Shown: in pieces, positions 1 through 10,100 of the stretch | Layout of the letters: each line of letters opens with the position of its first letter | Position numbering within the stretch: position 1 is the first letter of the stretch | Assembly (NCBI GenBank): GCA_037441285.1 | Contig: JBBISL010000002.1 | Span: 82,627 to 146,626 of the forward strand | From: a candidate division WOR-3 bacterium | Lineage (GTDB): Bacteria; Hydrothermota; Tepidihabitantia; Tepidihabitantales; Tepidihabitantaceae | Direction of reading: 5' to 3' | DNA length: 64,000 bases | Translations under genes and position numbers: made by a program | The notes under the pieces: model-generated | Database searches by the model: none | Seen by the model: only the letters and a program-made list of their open reading frames with translations | What the model was told of the DNA's origin: nothing

Positions 1-774
1 GCCCTTGTTGAGTTTAACATCTTCAAAAGCGACTGGTGCCTTCTACCCGCTAATCTTGACTTCAACCCCGGGGAAATGGTCATCATTGGCGATGAGGAAG
101 GGGAAGATTTAGGTAAACTGGTAATGATTGACGCTACCGGTTCCCGGCCTACTGAAGGTGTTGTCCTGCGCCGTGCCACTGAAGAAGACCTGCGGGTCCG
201 CACCGAACTGGACCTCAAAACCAAGCAGACCCTGGAAATCTTTCGCCGGTTGCGTGATGAGTATCGGCTCGAAATGCAGGTCGTGGGTGCCCACTGGCGA
301 CTCGATAAGAAAAAGGTCTGTTTTTACTTCATATCCGACCAGAAACTGAACTTCCGGATGTTCCACAAAGCGCTCGCCTCAGCGCTCAATGTGCGCGTCG
401 CAATTAAACAGATTGGGGTTCGCGACCATGCCCGACTTCTTGGCGGCATTGGACCCTGCGGTCGCATCCTTTGCTGCCAGCAATTTCTCAAGGAGTTAAA
501 ACCGATTACCCTGCGGATGGCGCGCCAGCAGAATTTGTTTGTCGAACCAACCAAAATCTCCGGGCTCTGCGGCAAACTGCTCTGCTGCCTTGCCTACGAA
601 GAAGACACTTATCGATGGTTACTCCTGTGCCCGCGTATTGGTGACCTGGTTAAAACCGCCCGGGGTGTTGGAACGGTCACCGGTGTTGACCCGTTGACCC
701 ATCGGCTCTCAATCCGTTATCAGGACGGTTCCGAAACTACCGTCGCACTCGAGGAGGTGAATACCAATGAATAA
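1..774 (+). CDS. ricT: PSP1-domain protein (RicT/YaaT family), 5'-truncated by the window edge
   Basis: Frame is open from base 1. IGVRDHARLLGGIGPCGRILCC and KISGLCGKLLCCLAYE are the RicT/PSP1 Cys motifs. Confidence 0.88.
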   Translation, partial: ALVEFNIFKSDWCLLPANLDFNPGEMVIIGDEEGEDLGKLVMIDATGSRPTEGVVLRRATEEDLRVRTELDLKTKQTLEIFRRLRDEYRLEMQVVGAHWRLDKKKVCFYFISDQKLNFRMFHKALASALNVRVAIKQIGVRDHARLLGGIGPCGRILCCQQFLKELKPITLRMARQQNLFVEPTKISGLCGKLLCCLAYEEDTYRWLLLCPRIGDLVKTARGVGTVTGVDPLTHRLSIRYQDGSETTVALEEVNTNE

Positions 775-2008
775 ATCAACTCTGGCGGCGATTGCCAGAA
801 CCGAAGGGTTGAAACCCGCTGAACTGCGCCGCCTCATTGAATCCGGTAGGGTTGTTCTTCTCCAGAACCGGAAGCGGAAAATCAAACCGCTTGCCGTCGG
901 TGAGAAAACCCGGGTGAAGGTCAACGCCAACATTGGTACCTCCCCGGACCGGATTGATGTTGAAACCGAACTGGAAAAACTGCGCGTTGCGGTTGCCGCT
1001 GGTGCTGATACGGTAATGGACCTTTCAATCGGCGGCGCCGTGGACGAAATTCGTCAGGAGGTCATTCGCAATTCCCCGGTGCCGGTCGGCACCGTGCCGG
1101 TCTACCAAGTGGCACTTACCGCGCGCCAGCACCGGCGCTCCTTTCCAGAAGTTACCGTCAAAGAAATCTTTGAGGGCATTGAAAAGCACCTGGCCGACGG
1201 TGTTGACTTCATCACCGTACACTGCGGCGTAACCCGGAAAAATCTCGGCACGGTGCGCAAACGCCTGGGTGGTGTTGTCAGTCGGGGTGGGGTGATGATG
1301 ATGGAATGGATGAAATTCAACCGCCGGGAAAATCCGCTTTATGAACATTACGACGAACTACTGGCAATGGCAAAAGAGTATCACGCCACCCTATCATTAG
1401 GTGATGGGCTGCGTCCCGGTGCGATTGCCGACGCCACCGACGAAGCCCAGATTTCAGAACTTTTAACCATTGGCGAACTGGTGCAGCGTGCCCGAGCCGC
1501 TGGTGTTCAGGCGATGGTCGAAGGACCGGGCCACATTCCGATTGACCAGATTGAGGCGAACATTTTACTGGAAAAGACGGTCTGCGACGGCGCCCCGTTT
1601 TATGTCCTTGGTCCTTTGGTAACCGACATCGCCTGCGGCTACGACCACATTACCGCCGCGATTGGTGGCGCCCTTGCTGCCTACTACGGTGCCGATTTTC
1701 TCTGCTATGTTACCCCATCAGAACACCTCGGACTTCCTGATGTCGAAGATGTCCGGGAAGGGGTTATCGCATCGCGCATTGCCGCCCATGCCGCTGATAT
1801 CGCTCGCCATCATCCCGGCGCGATTGACTGGGACGACAAACTTTCCCGCTTTCGTGCCCGCCTCCAGTGGGGCAAAATGATTGCCCAGAGTCTTGACCCA
1901 GAGCGGGCAAAGGTGGTATTTGCCATTCAGCCTTCGCGCACCGAAGGCGCCTGTACGATGTGTGGCGAATTTTGTGCTGTTAAGAAAACAAAGGAGACGA
2001 TTCTATGA
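767..2008 (+). CDS. thiC: Phosphomethylpyrimidine synthase
   Basis: KVNANIGTS, GADTVMDLS, SLGDGLRPG, MVEGPGH, GYDHITAAIG, YVTPSEHL and C-terminal CTMCGEFC Fe-S motif. BzaA/B/F paralogues are not strictly excluded. Confidence 0.9.
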   Translation: MNKSTLAAIARTEGLKPAELRRLIESGRVVLLQNRKRKIKPLAVGEKTRVKVNANIGTSPDRIDVETELEKLRVAVAAGADTVMDLSIGGAVDEIRQEVIRNSPVPVGTVPVYQVALTARQHRRSFPEVTVKEIFEGIEKHLADGVDFITVHCGVTRKNLGTVRKRLGGVVSRGGVMMMEWMKFNRRENPLYEHYDELLAMAKEYHATLSLGDGLRPGAIADATDEAQISELLTIGELVQRARAAGVQAMVEGPGHIPIDQIEANILLEKTVCDGAPFYVLGPLVTDIACGYDHITAAIGGALAAYYGADFLCYVTPSEHLGLPDVEDVREGVIASRIAAHAADIARHHPGAIDWDDKLSRFRARLQWGKMIAQSLDPERAKVVFAIQPSRTEGACTMCGEFCAVKKTKETIL

Positions 2009-3120
2009 TTAAACCAAAATACAAACTCTACACCCCGGGACCGGTCGCGGTACCGGCGGAGTATCTCAAAGCCCTGAACAACGACCTCGTGTACCACCGT
2101 GAGGCAAGTTTTGCCGCGCTCCAGGATTCGGTAATGAAGGGGCTGGCAAAACTTTTCCTCACCCGCCAGCCGGTTTATGTGCTCACTGCTTCTGGAACCG
2201 GCGCGATGGAAGCCGCCGTCGCCAATCTTGTCAATCCCCAGGACCGGGTCATCGTTGCTGTCTGTGGCAAGTTTGGCGAGCGCTGGCGGGAACTGGTCAT
2301 CCGTTTTGGGGGTTATGTTGACGAACTCAATCGGCCCTATGGGGAATCCATCCCACCCGACGAACTGGAGCGCAAACTGAAGTCAAATGACGCCGCCCGC
2401 TGTGTCTTCACCACCCTCACCGAAACATCAACCGGTGCCCTCAACGATATCAAGGCGTTCGGTGAAATCTGCTACCGCCTGAACCGCATTCTCGTTGTCG
2501 ATGCCGTTGCCGGTACGGGGGTTGACGAACTCCAGATGGACGCCTGGCACATCGATGTTGTCCTTGCCGGCTCCCAGAAAGGACTGGCGATACCACCCGG
2601 ACTATCTTTCATCGCCCTTAGCCCCCGTGCCTGGGAGCAGGTTGAAAAGTGCAAAAACAGCCGTTACTACTTTGACCTGCGCAAGTACCGTCAGTTTGCG
2701 GAAAAAGGGCAAACACCCTGGACCCCGGCAATTTCTATCTACTATGCCCTTGACCTCGCTCTCAAGAAATTCCACCGGCGCGGTGTTAAGAAAAACTGGC
2801 AGGAAAAGGCAGTCCTTGCCCGTTATGTCCGGGACAAAGTAACAAAGATGGGACTCCCAATCTTCCCGAAGAACCCGGCAAACGCCCTTACGGTCATCCA
2901 GTTACCGGAAGGAATCGACGGCACGAAAATCGTGGACATCTGCAAAACCCAGTACCGCATCCTCCTCGCCAATGGCCAGGCCGAGATGCGCGGTAAAGTG
3001 GTTCGTATCGGACATATGGCACCGATGACAAAAACTGAAGCCGACCGGGTGTTGAAACATTTTTATCTTGCTTATAAGAAGGTTGCCGAGAAATCGGGTA
3101 CGGGCGGTCGCAGTAGTTAA
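2005..3120 (+). CDS. Class V PLP aminotransferase (alanine-glyoxylate / serine-pyruvate family)
   Basis: LYTPGP, ASGTGAMEA, VDAVA, GSQKGLAIPPG (PLP Lys), RIGHM. ATGA overlap with thiC. Confidence 0.88.
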   Translation: MIKPKYKLYTPGPVAVPAEYLKALNNDLVYHREASFAALQDSVMKGLAKLFLTRQPVYVLTASGTGAMEAAVANLVNPQDRVIVAVCGKFGERWRELVIRFGGYVDELNRPYGESIPPDELERKLKSNDAARCVFTTLTETSTGALNDIKAFGEICYRLNRILVVDAVAGTGVDELQMDAWHIDVVLAGSQKGLAIPPGLSFIALSPRAWEQVEKCKNSRYYFDLRKYRQFAEKGQTPWTPAISIYYALDLALKKFHRRGVKKNWQEKAVLARYVRDKVTKMGLPIFPKNPANALTVIQLPEGIDGTKIVDICKTQYRILLANGQAEMRGKVVRIGHMAPMTKTEADRVLKHFYLAYKKVAEKSGTGGRSS

Positions 3121-3129
3121 CAACCTGTA

Positions 3130-3142
3130 AATCAAGCACTTA
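3130..3142 (+). promoter_or_regulatory. IHF-consensus site 1
   Basis: AATCAA-GCAC-TTA matches WATCAANNNNTTR exactly. Confidence 0.4.
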
Positions 3143-3216
3143 ACAGTGCGTCCCCGGCTGCCTTACTAAGCACCAGCACTTCTCCTTTTCCCGGTACTAT
3201 TAACTAACACATTAAA

Positions 3217-3229
3217 AATCAATTAATTA
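3217..3229 (+). promoter_or_regulatory. IHF-consensus site 2
   Basis: AATCAA-TTAA-TTA matches WATCAANNNNTTR exactly, about 49 bp upstream of a putative sigma54 start site. Confidence 0.45.
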
Positions 3230-3244
3230 ACGGCGCGGCTTTCT

Positions 3245-3261
3245 CTGGCATGAATGGTGTA
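3245..3261 (+). promoter_or_regulatory. Putative sigma54 -24/-12 promoter (GT variant at -12)
   Basis: CTGGCATGAATGGTGTA versus consensus YTGGCACGRNNNTTGCW, with correct GG to G(C/T) spacing. Confidence 0.35.
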
Positions 3262-3283
3262 TTACTATGGTTCGGGAAGGAAG

Positions 3284-3466
3284 ATGAAACTAAAGCGCCC
3301 TCGTCCCTCAAACCTCCTGCTTGCCGGGTTATTGATGATTTCGCTCGGCTGGGCAGCCAGCGCCCACCTGGGTCCGGCTGAAGCGCTCATTCCGATTGCC
3401 GGGGTTGTCGCCGGTCTGACAATTCTTACGACCGTTGTCTCGGGTGGACCCCGGGCTTTTCTATAG
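3284..3466 (+). CDS. Small hypothetical membrane protein (60 aa)
   Basis: ATG 3284 after GGAAGG. Basic N-terminus (MKLKRPRP) then two hydrophobic segments. Fills an otherwise empty gap. Confidence 0.55.
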   Translation: MKLKRPRPSNLLLAGLLMISLGWAASAHLGPAEALIPIAGVVAGLTILTTVVSGGPRAFL

Positions 3467-3479
3467 CAGTTTCGTGCTC

Positions 3480-4121
3480 TTAATCCTGTTCGCCCGGCAG
3501 CCGGAATTTTACCATTATCCGTAAAAAAACAACCAGGTAGTTGATAAATGAAACCACAATCAAAACCAGTACCGTGTAATCGGCAAAACTTTTAAAATGG
3601 TCAAGCCGGGGTACGATTCCACTCAAGAAACCGTTTCCCGCATCACTGCTTAAGGTGTAAAAGAGGATTAACAGGGCAAACGCACATCCCGTAATCTTAC
3701 CCACAACATCCGAAGAAACAAACGAACCCCGAACCTTCATCACTACTGCGCTCCCGGCAAGTATCAATAGGTCGCGCAGGATGACCGCACCGGCAACAAA
3801 CAGCGGCAGGTCACTGGTGTAAACCAGCGTAATCAAAACCGACCCAATCCAGATTTTGTCAACTAAATGGTCCAGTACCCGTCCGGTATTGGAAACCTGC
3901 CCCAGACGCCGGGCAAGATACCCATCCAGCGCATCAGTTGACCAGGAAACAAGCATTACAATTACCGCTGGCACCGCCGCGCGCCGGAAAAGAAAAAAAA
4001 GGACCAGCGGCAAAAGCACCAGTCGCGAGATCGAAAGAAGATTGGGAATCGTCAACAAGCGGTTGCCGTTTTTCTGCCCATCCTCGCCGTTTTTTCTGTT
4101 CACCGTTGACTCCCGGACCAT
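3480..4121 (-). CDS. CDP-alcohol phosphatidyltransferase (PgsA-like)
   Basis: TIPNLLSISR and DALDGYLARRLGQVSNTGRVLDHLVDK signature. Confidence 0.88.
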   Translation of the reverse strand: MVRESTVNRKNGEDGQKNGNRLLTIPNLLSISRLVLLPLVLFFLFRRAAVPAVIVMLVSWSTDALDGYLARRLGQVSNTGRVLDHLVDKIWIGSVLITLVYTSDLPLFVAGAVILRDLLILAGSAVVMKVRGSFVSSDVVGKITGCAFALLILFYTLSSDAGNGFLSGIVPRLDHFKSFADYTVLVLIVVSFINYLVVFLRIMVKFRLPGEQD

Positions 4122-4993
4122 TTCAACTTGTTGCGCAGGATTTCAAAGTAACTCTTCTTTTTCGGCACAACCAGCCGCACCATGTAATTCGCCCGGGTAA
4201 TCGTTAAACGGTCACCCCGGTGGAAGCGCCAGCGCCGCTGTCCATCAAGGGTCACAACCGCCTCCTCTGATTTACCGGTAAGTTCCAACTGAATCATCCC
4301 ATCCCCGGGTAAAACAATCGGCCTTGCCGTCAATGCGTGCGGACACAACGGGGTAATGACCACCGCCGTCATCGTCGGAAAAATAACTGGACCGCCCGCT
4401 GCCAGCGAATAAGCGGTTGAACCGGTCGGTGTTGCGATAACAACCCCATCGCCCACAAACTTATTCAAAAACTGACCCTGCCAGTTTAAAACCACCTCTA
4501 CCACCCGGCCCGAGGGTCCCATATTCACTGCACAATCGTTAAAGGCATAACCGGTCTTTGTTTGTCCAGAACCGTAACTCACCTGACCGGCGAGCACCAT
4601 CCTTTTCTCCTCGCCAAACTTCCCCCGGGCAAAATCGCTGATTCCCTGCCGCGCTTCCCCGGTTGAAAACTCTGTAAGAAAACCCCGCCCCCCCGAATTG
4701 ACCCCCATTATTGGTATGTGTTTTTGCCCGACCATCTGAACCGCTTTCAAAAGCGTACCATCGCCACCCAGCGCCACCACCAGGTCTGCATCCTTAGCCC
4801 CCCCTCGAAAAACCGGGCAGATTTTCTCCATTGACCTGTCCGGCTTTTCCACAAAAAAACAGTCAAAACCCTTATCTTTTAACCACCGTATTAGACCGGG
4901 CACAAATCGATGTGCTACCGGTTTACTCCAGTTTACGACCAATCCGACCTTAATCTTATTTTCCGACCCAACCTTTCCCTTACCTTTTAACAC
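4100..4993 (-). CDS. nadK: NAD kinase
   Basis: GGDGT, DGVVIATPTGSTAYSLAAGG, TPLCPH. Start revised to GTG 4993, downstream of AAGGAGG. Confidence 0.9.
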   Translation of the reverse strand: MLKGKGKVGSENKIKVGLVVNWSKPVAHRFVPGLIRWLKDKGFDCFFVEKPDRSMEKICPVFRGGAKDADLVVALGGDGTLLKAVQMVGQKHIPIMGVNSGGRGFLTEFSTGEARQGISDFARGKFGEEKRMVLAGQVSYGSGQTKTGYAFNDCAVNMGPSGRVVEVVLNWQGQFLNKFVGDGVVIATPTGSTAYSLAAGGPVIFPTMTAVVITPLCPHALTARPIVLPGDGMIQLELTGKSEEAVVTLDGQRRWRFHRGDRLTITRANYMVRLVVPKKKSYFEILRNKLKWSGSQR

Positions 4994-5855
4994 CGCCCAC
5001 CTCCTTACGATAAAAAACATAGCGCATCTTGCCCCAGAGGTCCTGCTCCACTTCCGCTGCCGGCAACAACCCCTGCACATACTCGCCCTGGGTATGGTCA
5101 ATCTCCAGTGCCAGAACCCCTCCCGGTGCCAGTAGTTCCACCCCTTCAGTAATCAACATCTTCACCACCTCAACCCCGAGAAAACCACCGTCAAGACTGA
5201 TTCTGGGTTCATAATCCCGCACCCGCACCGGCAAGCGGTCCCGACGCTCATTTGGGATGTAAGGCGGATTTGAAATCAACAGCTCCACCCGACCCCGTAC
5301 CGCGTCAAGTTTATCATCGCTCAATTTCCCCATCTGAACCAGCCGCACCCGGTTGCTTAACCGGTACCGCCGCACATTCTTCGCCGCCACCGCCAGCGCC
5401 TGAGATGAAATGTCAACCGCCCAGACCTCTGCCTCGGGAAATATCCGTGCCAGTGCAATCGCGATGCAACCGGAACCGGTGCCATAATCAACTATCACCC
5501 CTGTCTTTTTAACCCGTGCTGCCGCGCGCAGCACCAGTTCCTCGGTCTCCGGTCGGGGAATGAACACCCGTTCATCAACATACAGTTCCAGGTCGAGAAA
5601 TGGCGCCTGATTGACAAGGTACTGAACCGGTACTCCCTTTTGTGCCGCGCTCACCATCTGCCGGAACACCTGTGCCCTTTGCTCATCCATCTGCCCGCCC
5701 TCAAGGTAAAGCACGTGTCGTTTTAACCCCAGAAGCCCCATCAAAAGAAACTCCGCCTCTTCCCGCGGAATTAAACGCGCCGCCCGTTGCAACTCAGCAA
5801 CTGTTGTTACCCTTGGGTAAGCCCGGTCCGCTTCAATTAACCCCTCAAATCTCAT
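4980..5855 (-). CDS. prmC: Release factor glutamine methyltransferase
   Basis: [27 protein letters not shown]; directly follows prfA. Confidence 0.93.
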   Translation of the reverse strand: MRFEGLIEADRAYPRVTTVAELQRAARLIPREEAEFLLMGLLGLKRHVLYLEGGQMDEQRAQVFRQMVSAAQKGVPVQYLVNQAPFLDLELYVDERVFIPRPETEELVLRAAARVKKTGVIVDYGTGSGCIAIALARIFPEAEVWAVDISSQALAVAAKNVRRYRLSNRVRLVQMGKLSDDKLDAVRGRVELLISNPPYIPNERRDRLPVRVRDYEPRISLDGGFLGVEVVKMLITEGVELLAPGGVLALEIDHTQGEYVQGLLPAAEVEQDLWGKMRYVFYRKEVGGVKR

Positions 5856-6922
5856 AGCGCCGCCTCCGCCTTTTCCAGCGCCTGAAACAGCGGGTCAAGT
5901 TCGCCATCCAGCACCGCCTCGAGATTGTGAAGTGAAAAACCAATACGATGGTCCGTAACCCGGTTCTGGGGAAAATTATAAGTACGAATCTTCTCGCTCC
6001 GCTCACCGGTACCGATTTGCTTCCGTCGGGTCTCAGTCGTACGCACCAGCTCCTCCTGACGCCGCATATCACCCAGCCGCGCCCGTAGCACCTTCATCGC
6101 CTTCATTCGGTTCCGCGCCTGTGACCTTTCATCCTGGCACACAACCGTGATTCCGGTTGGAATATGGGTAAGCCGAACCGCCGAACTTACCTTATTAACA
6201 TTCTGTCCGCCGTGCCCGCCCGCCCGAAATGTCTCCATTTTGATTTCATCCGGATTCACCTTCAACTCAAACTCCTCCTGCTCTAAGAGCACCGCGACCG
6301 TAACCGTTGAAGTGTGAATCCGCCCCGAAGCCTCGGTTTCCGGCACCCTTTGCACCCGGTGGACACCGCTCTCAAACCGAAAGAACCGGTAAGGCGAATC
6401 GCCCTCTACTGAAAACACAATCTCCTTAAGCCCCTTCAGGTCGCTGGGCCGGGAAGAAAGCACCTCCACCTTCAAGTTGTGCCGCTCCGCATACCTTGAG
6501 TACATCCGGAACAAATCGGCAGCAAAAAGCGCCGCCTCCTCGCCGCCGGCCGCAGCACGAATCTCTACGATACACCCCTTATCCCATTCCGGTGGTTTAG
6601 GCCGCAACGCTTCCTCCAGTTCGGTCACCAGTTTCTCCTCTGCCTCCTGCAGCCGTCGCAACTCCGCCTCAGCAAGTTCTCTCATCTCCGCATCCTGGGC
6701 GTTGCGGGCGACCTCTTCCGTATCGCGCTGCTCCTTTTTTAACCTTTCATACTCAGTCCAGCGTGCCAGAATCGTACTCAACTGCCGATGTTCTCTGGTC
6801 AACATCTGAAGCCGAGTAACATCTCCCATCACCTTCGGCTCGGCAAGTAACCGCTCGACCTCTGCCTTGCGCTGCGCCAGCTGTTCAAACCTCTTTTTAT
6901 ACTCCTCAAAAACAACCGCCAT
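5852..6922 (-). CDS. prfA: Peptide chain release factor 1
   Basis: GGQ motif and RF1-type PxT in [35 protein letters not shown]. Confidence 0.96.
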   Translation of the reverse strand: MAVVFEEYKKRFEQLAQRKAEVERLLAEPKVMGDVTRLQMLTREHRQLSTILARWTEYERLKKEQRDTEEVARNAQDAEMRELAEAELRRLQEAEEKLVTELEEALRPKPPEWDKGCIVEIRAAAGGEEAALFAADLFRMYSRYAERHNLKVEVLSSRPSDLKGLKEIVFSVEGDSPYRFFRFESGVHRVQRVPETEASGRIHTSTVTVAVLLEQEEFELKVNPDEIKMETFRAGGHGGQNVNKVSSAVRLTHIPTGITVVCQDERSQARNRMKAMKVLRARLGDMRRQEELVRTTETRRKQIGTGERSEKIRTYNFPQNRVTDHRIGFSLHNLEAVLDGELDPLFQALEKAEAAL

Positions 6923-7068
6923 AAACGCTTTCTTTCACTTAAAACTAAAGGAAACGACCTGATAGGCTCAAAGGGAAACGGACACTAACGCTCTGGTATT
7001 TTCCAGCCACAACTCATTATCTTTACCACAAAACCACTGTCAACAACCTCCCACAACCCGAATTTAAC

Positions 7069-7097
7069 TTGACAGGCAACTATTATCCTTCTATAAT
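7069..7097 (+). promoter_or_regulatory. Consensus sigma70 promoter for the 1336-aa secreted protein
   Basis: TTGACA (7069-7074), 17 bp, TATAAT (7092-7097). A divergent TTGACA for prfA lies at about 7038-7043 on the minus strand. Confidence 0.75.
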
Positions 7098-7195
7098 CAA
7101 ATTGGCTGCGGGTAGCAGCTGGGCTGAGATTAACACTCAACCCCGGGTTACATTTTTAATTGATGAAACCAAACGCAGGCAATTAAAAGGAGGCT

Positions 7196-10100
7196 ATGAT
7201 GAGAAACCTGATTGTCGGTTTAATTGTGCTCTTGACGCTGGGGTTTGCCGACACCCTTCTTGTTGAAAACTTTGACACACTCTGGACGCCCCAAAGCCCG
7301 CCACCGGGCTGGACCGTAATTTACGACACTCTAAACCCCCAGAATTATGCTGATTGGCACCGGGAACCGGCAAACGCCGCACCCTGGACCGACCATCCTT
7401 CACCTTATCCGGCAATCTTCTGGCAACTGAACCAGAATCAGACCCCGGATATGCTTATCTCTCCAGTCATTAACTGCGCCACCTATCGCAACATTGTGCT
7501 CACCTGCAGCACCTACTTCTCACACCGAATATCTAACTCCTACACCGCTCAGATTCGCTACTCCATTGATGGTGGTCAAACATTTCCCTATGTCCTCCAA
7601 GACTATTACGAGCAAAATGTCGGACCAGGGGTTCTCGAATCTTTTGAACTAACCTCGGCAACAAGGCGCGATAGTGTTGTCATTGCCTGGATATTCCAGG
7701 GTGATTTGTTCAACATCAACTGGTGGATGTTTGACGATGTCGTCGTTACTGGAGACTCCATTCTCGCTTACGACATCCGCTGCCAGCGCATAATTCGACC
7801 CGACTATTTCGAACTTCCGGGTAACCTCTATCCTCAAGCCCGCTTTCGCAATATCGGTTTACAGGACCAGTATAACATTCCGGTCTTCTGTGAACTTTTT
7901 GATAGCCTTGGCAACTCGCTCTACCTGTGGCAGGATACCATTGATACGCTCCTTGCCCTTACTGGAGAAAAGGTGTCGTTTTTTGACTCCACATCGTTCC
8001 CTCTGACCGGAGGCAACTACTCAATTAAATTCTGGTGTGCTGCCGACTCCGACTACAATCGTGCTAACGACACCCTGAGCCGCAACTTTATTGTATCAAC
8101 CCTCGAAGAGATTGCCAATGACAACGGCACGCCTGCCGGCTATCGCACCTGGCCCGTGGGTCATTACGGCTGGGGTGCTAAGTTTTCTGTTACCTCGCCC
8201 GTTTTTATCGAATCGCTCAAGGTCTATCTAAACTCGCCCGCTAATCCGGCACATTCCCGGTATCAACTTGCTATCGCACCGGACCTTGGTACCGGAATGC
8301 CTGGACCATTCATATTCAAAACCCCGGTTCTCTACGCCGCACCGGGTGCGGGCTGGAACTCGGTATTTGTCGCCGACACCGGGGAACAGATTCCAGTGGT
8401 TGGTGACTTCTATGTTTTCTATCTCCAGGTTGGCGAACCGCCGGAATGTCCTCAACTCGCCAACGACGGCAATCTGAATAACCCCAACAATTACTGGACC
8501 TACTATCGGGATGGAACAATGCTGCCGGAAACACCACCCGGTGACCTGATGCTTCGGGTTATTGTCAATCACAATCCGCTTACCCCTGCAAATCAAGACG
8601 CCCGGGTGACATTCATCGAGCAACCGCTCTATGAGTTCATCCAGCGTCCATTTGATGCTCCCTGCCCGATTCGCGCCCACATTGAAAACTTTGGCACCGA
8701 CAGTTTATACAACATCCCGGTTCGCTGCTCAGTCATCGACATAAGCCACAATCCTCTTTTTACCGCCTCGGCAACCATCGCTGCCCTCGGACCCGGAGAC
8801 GAGATTGCGGTCGATTTCAACGGCTGGGTTCCCACAACCGCATCCCAGCCCTGTTCGGTCATTGTCTACTTTGACTGGACCGGCTCGCCGATTGTAGACG
8901 AGGTACCGCAGAACGACGACCGCCGGTTTGGTTTTGACCTCCTCAAAGGCGCCTATACCGGCAGGGTCACCGCCGGCTATGCCTGGATTGACTCAGACAC
9001 AACCGGTGGTCCGGTTTACTCCTGGATTGACACGAGTGGTGCTAACATCGCCATCCAGCGCGAAGATGAATACCGAATCTTTGTGCCTATCGGTTTTGAC
9101 TTCCCCTACTCCGACACCACCTACAACAACTGCTATGTCTGCACCAACGGATGGCTATCGCTCGGTTACGACCCCCACGAATTCGCCCCAAGCCCCGAAC
9201 GCATCCCCAATAGCAACCTGCCCAATGCCCTTATTGCCCCCTGGTGGAACGACCTTGAACTTCGCTCCGCAGGAAAGGTCTATTACAAAACAATCGGACA
9301 ATCACCCAACAGACAGTTCGTCGTCATCTGGCAGGATGTCAACCTGAAATACACCGACACCACCGACCTCTTAACCTTTGAAGTCATGCTCAACGAAAAC
9401 GGTACCGTGGTGTTCCAGTATCAGGATGTCACCACCGGTGACCTGAATTACGACTATGGCAAAAACACCTCTATCGGCATTGAAAACAAAGAAGGCAATG
9501 GGGGCGTCAATTACCTCTACTCCCTGCCACCGCTTTCAACGGCAACCAACGACCCTCAGAACCGGCTCACATCCGGACGTGCGATAAAACTGTACCGCGA
9601 GTTCCGCGATGCCGCGGCACTTGACATAGTAACGCCCGCCACCTATACATTCCCGGAGACACTTTACCCGCAGGTCAAAATCCAGAACTACGGCACCGTC
9701 GGCGATTCTATCTGGGCTTATCTAAGAATTAACCCCGGCTCCTACTTTGACTCCGTCCTTGTAACTGGACTGGCACCCGGTGCCGAAACTACCGTAACTA
9801 TGCCCAGCACCTGGTATGGTCGAGGCACCTTCTCGGCAGTATGCTCCACCGCAATGGTTGGTGATATCAACCCGGCTAACGACATCTTCAGCAAAGTCTT
9901 TATCTCATCTTCCTGGGTGCAACGCGAGGATATCCCAATAGGTCCTTCCCGCCGCAAGGTGAAAAACGCCTCACTCGTTTATGTTCCGGTGACCAATAAA
10001 CTGTATGCGCTGAAAGGTGGAAACACAAACGAATTCTACTCTTACGATATCGCTACCGGTACCTGGGAGTCGCTACCAAGTATGCCTTTAGACCCGTCCG

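Noticed and set aside
6923..7195. Known riboswitch in the prfA or large-protein leaders
   Set aside because: No recognisable TPP, cobalamin, SAM or c-di-GMP consensus; the region is explained by divergent promoters.
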